Virus record (IMG/VR): IMGVR_UViG_3300020576_005257
Span: 1 to 64,000 of that record
DNA length: 64,000 nt
Direction: 5' to 3' (one strand)
From: a virus
Lineage: Duplodnaviria; Caudoviricetes
The notes beneath the pieces were generated by a model. The model was not told where the DNA came from, made no database searches, and was given only the letters and a program-made list of their open reading frames with translations. Positions 59,649 to 64,000 of this stretch are shown here, piece by piece; within the stretch, counting starts at the first letter, position 1, and every line of letters starts with the position of its first letter. Made by a program: the position numbers and the translations under genes.

Positions 59649-60698
59649 ATGATTCATTCAGTTGGTAATGTAAAACATATTGATCCTGATTTCTGTATTC
59701 AGAAATATAAGACTGTCATAGAAAAGCTTGGTAATAGAACAGGACCAAATGTTCAATGGATTAAAGAATATGAAGATGATACTAAAATGCGAGTTCCTAA
59801 TAGGAATTTTACTGATGGTATTCCTACTTTTAACCAAGTAGCATCTGATTATACAGAAGGTCTTTGTTTTGTAGGTGGTCGAGCAAACGCTGGTAAATCC
59901 ACATTTCTAATTAATCTTCAAAAAGGTGCCCTTGAAAATAATGATAACGTGGTTATCATTGATTTATCTTTAGATGATCCACCTAAGAAAAGGTATCAAC
60001 AGTATATAGCTGCTATTAGTGGGCTTAGATATACTGAAGTAGCTAATCCAGCTATGCTGGATCCTAGAAAGCAGGATATATTAGAAAAAGCCAGAAATCA
60101 ATTTTTTGATTGGTTAAAATCTGGAAGATTGATTAGTCTTCATAATATTGAAAAATTTTCAGAAGGCAAGCAACTTAATCTGAGAGATTATAGAACTCAA
60201 GTTCACTTGATGAGAAAAATACGAGAAGTCTTTCCAGATTCTAAGATAGCTTTATTTGTTGATGCTTGGAATAATGTAGATATTACTGCTGGAAGACCTG
60301 GATCCGAAATTCTACAAGGTAATGAGGCACTTAACTATCTAAAAGGTGGTTCTGAAGATAATGAGATTATGGGTTTCTACTCAGCTCATATTAGAAAAAC
60401 TACTGAAAAGAGAATTACTATTCAGGACATTAAAGGAACTAGTAATATTGAGTATGATGCTGTTCTTGCATTAATTTTAAGAAATGAACAAAGAGAGAAT
60501 CAACTTGATGAGCCCTTAGTTTATGAAATGAATGATAATGAAATTCCAATCTTGACTATTGATGTATCTAAGAATAAGTCATCTGATTGGGATTATCCCC
60601 TTTTCCATCCAGCTAATACTGGTGCTTGTCAGTTATTTACTTTGAATCCTTTAGAATATAGGCAAATTTATGATGTATATAGAGGCAAAAGAAAATGA
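59649..60698 (+). CDS. DnaB-like (SF4) replicative helicase
   Basis: GGRANAGKST, DLSLD, LFVDAW, SAHIRK, IKGTSNIEYDA, VSKNK. Confidence 0.85.
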   Translation: MIHSVGNVKHIDPDFCIQKYKTVIEKLGNRTGPNVQWIKEYEDDTKMRVPNRNFTDGIPTFNQVASDYTEGLCFVGGRANAGKSTFLINLQKGALENNDNVVIIDLSLDDPPKKRYQQYIAAISGLRYTEVANPAMLDPRKQDILEKARNQFFDWLKSGRLISLHNIEKFSEGKQLNLRDYRTQVHLMRKIREVFPDSKIALFVDAWNNVDITAGRPGSEILQGNEALNYLKGGSEDNEIMGFYSAHIRKTTEKRITIQDIKGTSNIEYDAVLALILRNEQRENQLDEPLVYEMNDNEIPILTIDVSKNKSSDWDYPLFHPANTGACQLFTLNPLEYRQIYDVYRGKRK

Positions 60699-60900
60699 CA
60701 ACTGAATGGAATGATGAAGATGATACTCAGGTTGAACAAATCAATATATTTTTTAGTGATCTGTCTCCTACTTGTCAAAATTATCTAAGAGATTTAATCT
60801 CTGAATGGGAAAACAAAGATGAAATTTTATCTAGTAGATACGCATTAGGATCTCTGGATAAGGTATTATTTCACAATCTAATGAAATATAAACAATAATT

Positions 60901-61359
60901 ATGAAAACATTTGAATTTGAAGGAGTTGAGTTAACTGACGAAACAGTTTTGTTTAAAGCTATTGTTTCTACTAGAACTGCTGATCCAAAGCGATTAGAAG
61001 ATTTAAGAGAGTTGCTTATTGAATCTGTTGCATCTTTTATTACTGCTAGGAAATCTGTAGAGAACTTAGAGTATAAAGAAGATCCTGAAGCTATTCATGA
61101 TAAGCTTTCTATTCTTCATAACTACTCTGGAGCTTTATTGGGATTAGCTGATTCAGTACATAGAAGGATTAAATCTAGATCTTATCTAGATCTTCTAGTT
61201 GTAGAACCAGGTGAGAAAGCACCTACACATGATATTAGGGAATATCATGCAAGAGAAGCAAGCTGTGACCTTGAAGGTCTTATTAGAATGCTTGATACAA
61301 ATCAAAGAAATATTCTTGAATCTATGTCTGTACAGTCTGGAATGATTAAGAGAAGATAA
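60901..61359 (+). CDS. hypothetical helical protein
   Basis: 152-aa ORF. Confidence 0.6.
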   Translation: MKTFEFEGVELTDETVLFKAIVSTRTADPKRLEDLRELLIESVASFITARKSVENLEYKEDPEAIHDKLSILHNYSGALLGLADSVHRRIKSRSYLDLLVVEPGEKAPTHDIREYHAREASCDLEGLIRMLDTNQRNILESMSVQSGMIKRR

Positions 61360-61364
61360 TTACT

Positions 61365-61754
61365 TTGATGAAAAACTGGGAGAAAGCTGAATCTGTTGTT
61401 GCTGATTATCTGAAAGGATACAGAGTTTCTGGTTCCGGTAATAAAGGAACCAGGGGCGATGTTAGAAAAAAAGGATATGTAGTAGAAGTTAAACAAACTG
61501 ATAGAAATCTTATTTCATTTAAAGATGAATGGATGAGAGAACTTGTAAAACTTTCTAGCAGAGATGAAGTAGCTATTGCGCTTTTCTTTGATCTAAGAGG
61601 CTATATTTATTTCTATGATGGTATTGATTTTACTTTAGATGAAACTATTCCATGGAAAACAAAGGATTTTACAGAAGAGAATCTTCCAGAAACTTTTTAT
61701 TGGGGTAAATATAGGTGGTCACTTGGCACTTTGCAAGACTTGAGACATTGGTAA
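61365..61754 (+). CDS. PD-(D/E)xK nuclease, Holliday-junction-resolvase-like
   Basis: AESVVA..GSG..RGDV..VEVKQT. Confidence 0.78.
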   Translation: MMKNWEKAESVVADYLKGYRVSGSGNKGTRGDVRKKGYVVEVKQTDRNLISFKDEWMRELVKLSSRDEVAIALFFDLRGYIYFYDGIDFTLDETIPWKTKDFTEENLPETFYWGKYRWSLGTLQDLRHW

Positions 61755-62759
61755 ATGGACGCTAGACAAGTACTTATTTCTAATTTTGGAGAACCGATTG
61801 AGGTTTCTGGCCCAGAATTAAAATTTGTTTGTACTCAATGTGGGCATAGGTCTTTAACTGGATCTATGCTCACTGGTGTTTATTATTGTTTTGTTTGTGA
61901 GTATGGAGTAGGCCAAAAGCCACTTTTTGTTAATTCTAATTACAAAAAAAGAAAGATTGATTTTGATAAGCATCTTGAAATTACTAAGTGGCTTAAGGAT
62001 AATTTAACCCTTAGTAACTCTCACCGAAACTACTTAAAGTCAAGGGGTATTTATAATCCAGACTTTTTTGGTTTGAAAACTATTCCCACTAGGCTTGAAT
62101 TAAGGATGAAAAAGCATTTTAGTGATACTGAATTACTAGACAGTGGATTTTTCAAACCAGGATTCCATACAGACATAACTGGATGGCCTTGTTTGAAACA
62201 TAATAGAATTTTTATTCCTATTATGAATCACAATAAGCTCTGTGGCTGTAAAACTAGATGCGACTTTAGAGAAGATCTTCAAGAAGATGTAAAATATGCT
62301 TTTCCTACTGGAAGTAGGGCTAATGATTTTGTATCTTATTATCCAACTGGGTCTGATGACTTATTGATTAGTGAGGGTGATTTTAAAGTTATGGCTGCCA
62401 GAGAGTGTGGATATAGTTCTATTTGTAGCTCTGGTATTAATGGTACTGCTGCTTTAAGAAAATTCTTTTTTAATAGTCGTACAAAATATAAAAGAAGATT
62501 TATTATCTTTGATACTGAGAAATCAGATAGTAAAATTCTTTCTAGGGTACAAGCCTACAAACTCTCTGAAAGTTTAGATCATACTGATGTAGCTATTGTT
62601 ATTTTACCTAGACTTAAACCTAATACTAAAATGGACTTAGATACATATTTATTGACTTTTCCTGGAAGATTGAATGATTTACTAGAAGAAGCTTGGTATA
62701 ATAGACAAGAAACTCTTGATAGGGAATATGAATTGACTTATGGCCACATCTCGCACTAA
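61755..62759 (+). CDS. DNA primase (Zn finger + TOPRIM)
   Basis: CTQC..CFVC, YLKSRG, RIFIP, KY, ISEGDFK, FDTE, KMDLD. Confidence 0.88.
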   Translation: MDARQVLISNFGEPIEVSGPELKFVCTQCGHRSLTGSMLTGVYYCFVCEYGVGQKPLFVNSNYKKRKIDFDKHLEITKWLKDNLTLSNSHRNYLKSRGIYNPDFFGLKTIPTRLELRMKKHFSDTELLDSGFFKPGFHTDITGWPCLKHNRIFIPIMNHNKLCGCKTRCDFREDLQEDVKYAFPTGSRANDFVSYYPTGSDDLLISEGDFKVMAARECGYSSICSSGINGTAALRKFFFNSRTKYKRRFIIFDTEKSDSKILSRVQAYKLSESLDHTDVAIVILPRLKPNTKMDLDTYLLTFPGRLNDLLEEAWYNRQETLDREYELTYGHISH

Positions 62760-63705
62760 ATACTCTGATATATTGGAACGAATCCAATTAGTTGATAAAG
62801 CTAACTTCAAAGCTATGGAACAGCATGGTGACTTTGAAGGTTTGTCTGAAAATCCTAAAGAGTTCCTTGAAGAAGTTTTTAAAAGGATGTCACTTTGTAC
62901 AAGGTGTGCCTTATCAGAAAAGAGGACCCAAGTAGTTCTTCCAGATGGTACTTATCAAGGTAAGATAATGATTCTTAGTGAAGGTCCTGGTAGTCTTGAA
63001 GATGCTAGCGGATTGCCTTTTACTGGTCCAATGGAGTTAAAAGCAAGCAGATGTGCTACTTGTGCAAATAGCGTTAGTTGTTACGATCATAGAATTCTTT
63101 ATAAGCCTAATAGTTATAATAAGAAATCTAAGCCTATTATTTGTAACCCTAAACCAGTTAATAAAAATACATTACCAAAACAGTTTTATATTAGGTCAGC
63201 TGGAGCAATTTTAGATGCAGTTATATCTAAAAGCTTTGGCAATAAATATCCAAGACAAAATTGGATTAACTTATATAATAAAGAAAAAGAAGAAAAAATT
63301 CCTTATGATAGTATTTGGTATATAACTAACACAGTATCTTGTAGAGCTTATAATCATATTACTGGAAAGGATGAGACTCCATCGAACACTTTTAGAAGTA
63401 TCTGTAAAAAGTGGCTTTTACTGCAATGGGCTGTTCTTCAGCCAGCAGTAATAGTTTGTTTAGGAAAATCAGCGTTAGAACTACTAGTAGGGGGAGCAGA
63501 TAAAGCTAACCAAGTAGTTGCTGGTGAACTATTCGATACTAAATATGGTAAGGTTATTTATCAACCTCACCCGGCATCTGTAATGAGAGAATCTCATTTA
63601 GAGTCCAGAGCATATGGCTATGCAAAATTAGCTGAAACTCTCAAGAAAGCTGTAGAATATACAGAATCTAATTATTTGGAATTACAAAATGTCGGAAAAC
63701 AATAA
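62740..63705 (+). CDS. uracil-DNA glycosylase, family 4-like, with Cys-rich insertion
   Basis: CTRCAL..RTQVV, SEGPGSLED.SGLPFTG, YITNTVSCR, IVCLGK, HPAS. Confidence 0.88.
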   Translation: MATSRTKYSDILERIQLVDKANFKAMEQHGDFEGLSENPKEFLEEVFKRMSLCTRCALSEKRTQVVLPDGTYQGKIMILSEGPGSLEDASGLPFTGPMELKASRCATCANSVSCYDHRILYKPNSYNKKSKPIICNPKPVNKNTLPKQFYIRSAGAILDAVISKSFGNKYPRQNWINLYNKEKEEKIPYDSIWYITNTVSCRAYNHITGKDETPSNTFRSICKKWLLLQWAVLQPAVIVCLGKSALELLVGGADKANQVVAGELFDTKYGKVIYQPHPASVMRESHLESRAYGYAKLAETLKKAVEYTESNYLELQNVGKQ

Positions 63706-64000
63706 AACTCTCTTTATAAATATGTTTTGTGGGCCAGGAGGCTCCAAAAGCACAGTAGCAGCTGGAGTATTCTTTACTCTCAAAACTATGAATATTAATT
63801 CTGAATATGTTTCAGAATATGCTAAAGACTTGGTTTGGGCTGAACGTCAGGGTGATCTTAGATGTCAACCCTATGTTACTGGTAAACAATTTTATCGTCA
63901 ATATAGAGTAGACGGTAAAGTAGATTTTGCTGTAGTAGATTCTCCTATTATTCTTGGAATTGCTTATGGTGGTTTTGGGGCTACTGCAAATTGGCAAGCT
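63689..64000 (+). CDS. NadR/AAA_28-like P-loop kinase, truncated by window edge
   Basis: Not in track: MSENNKTLFINMFCGPGGSKSTVAAG...EYVSEYAKDLVW...VVDSPIILG. Confidence 0.75.
   Translation, partial: MSENNKTLFINMFCGPGGSKSTVAAGVFFTLKTMNINSEYVSEYAKDLVWAERQGDLRCQPYVTGKQFYRQYRVDGKVDFAVVDSPIILGIAYGGFGATANWQA

Noticed and set aside
8145-63997. Short ORFs antisense to or nested in longer genes (e.g. 8145, 12711, 34081, 43175, 47216, 52596, 63812)
   Set aside because: Shadow frames of well-supported genes with no motifs of their own
1-64000. Genome-wide TAG recoding suggested by the CUA tRNA
   Set aside because: Long genes have no internal TAG and several genes end cleanly at TAG; recoding elsewhere in the genome cannot be excluded

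Overview
AT-rich segment of a large (probably jumbo) dsDNA phage genome, densely coded and almost entirely on the + strand, standard genetic code. Left two-thirds (1-37 kb): accessory region with scattered tRNA genes, an Azoarcus-type group I intron, five free-standing HNH/EndoVII endonucleases, RNA/nucleotide repair enzymes (Rnl2 ligase, HAD, HD, NADAR, metallophosphoesterase), two GH5-like genes, and about 40 tiny paralogous ORFs sharing a C-terminal Y-x3-[LFY]-[ED]-x-[FY] motif. Right third: a candidate ubiquitin-like conjugation locus (Gly-terminated Ubl-like protein, ThiF/E1, six paralogs with one invariant Cys, a putative papain-like protease), SF2 helicase, a very small two-subunit double-psi-barrel RNA polymerase, MoxR/VWA pair, and replication genes (dUTPase, DnaB-like helicase, resolvase, primase, UDG). 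Most notable: (1) HNH cassettes inserted into tRNA genes, which in three of four loci appear to carry a replacement tRNA, plus an analogous insertion that supplies a replacement gene start; (2) an amber suppressor tRNA near a peptidyl-tRNA hydrolase-like gene with an in-frame TAG at codon 3; (3) the microprotein array; (4) the Ubl/E1/Cys-paralog locus; (5) the minimal RNAP. All protein calls come from motif recognition by eye; no database search was run.
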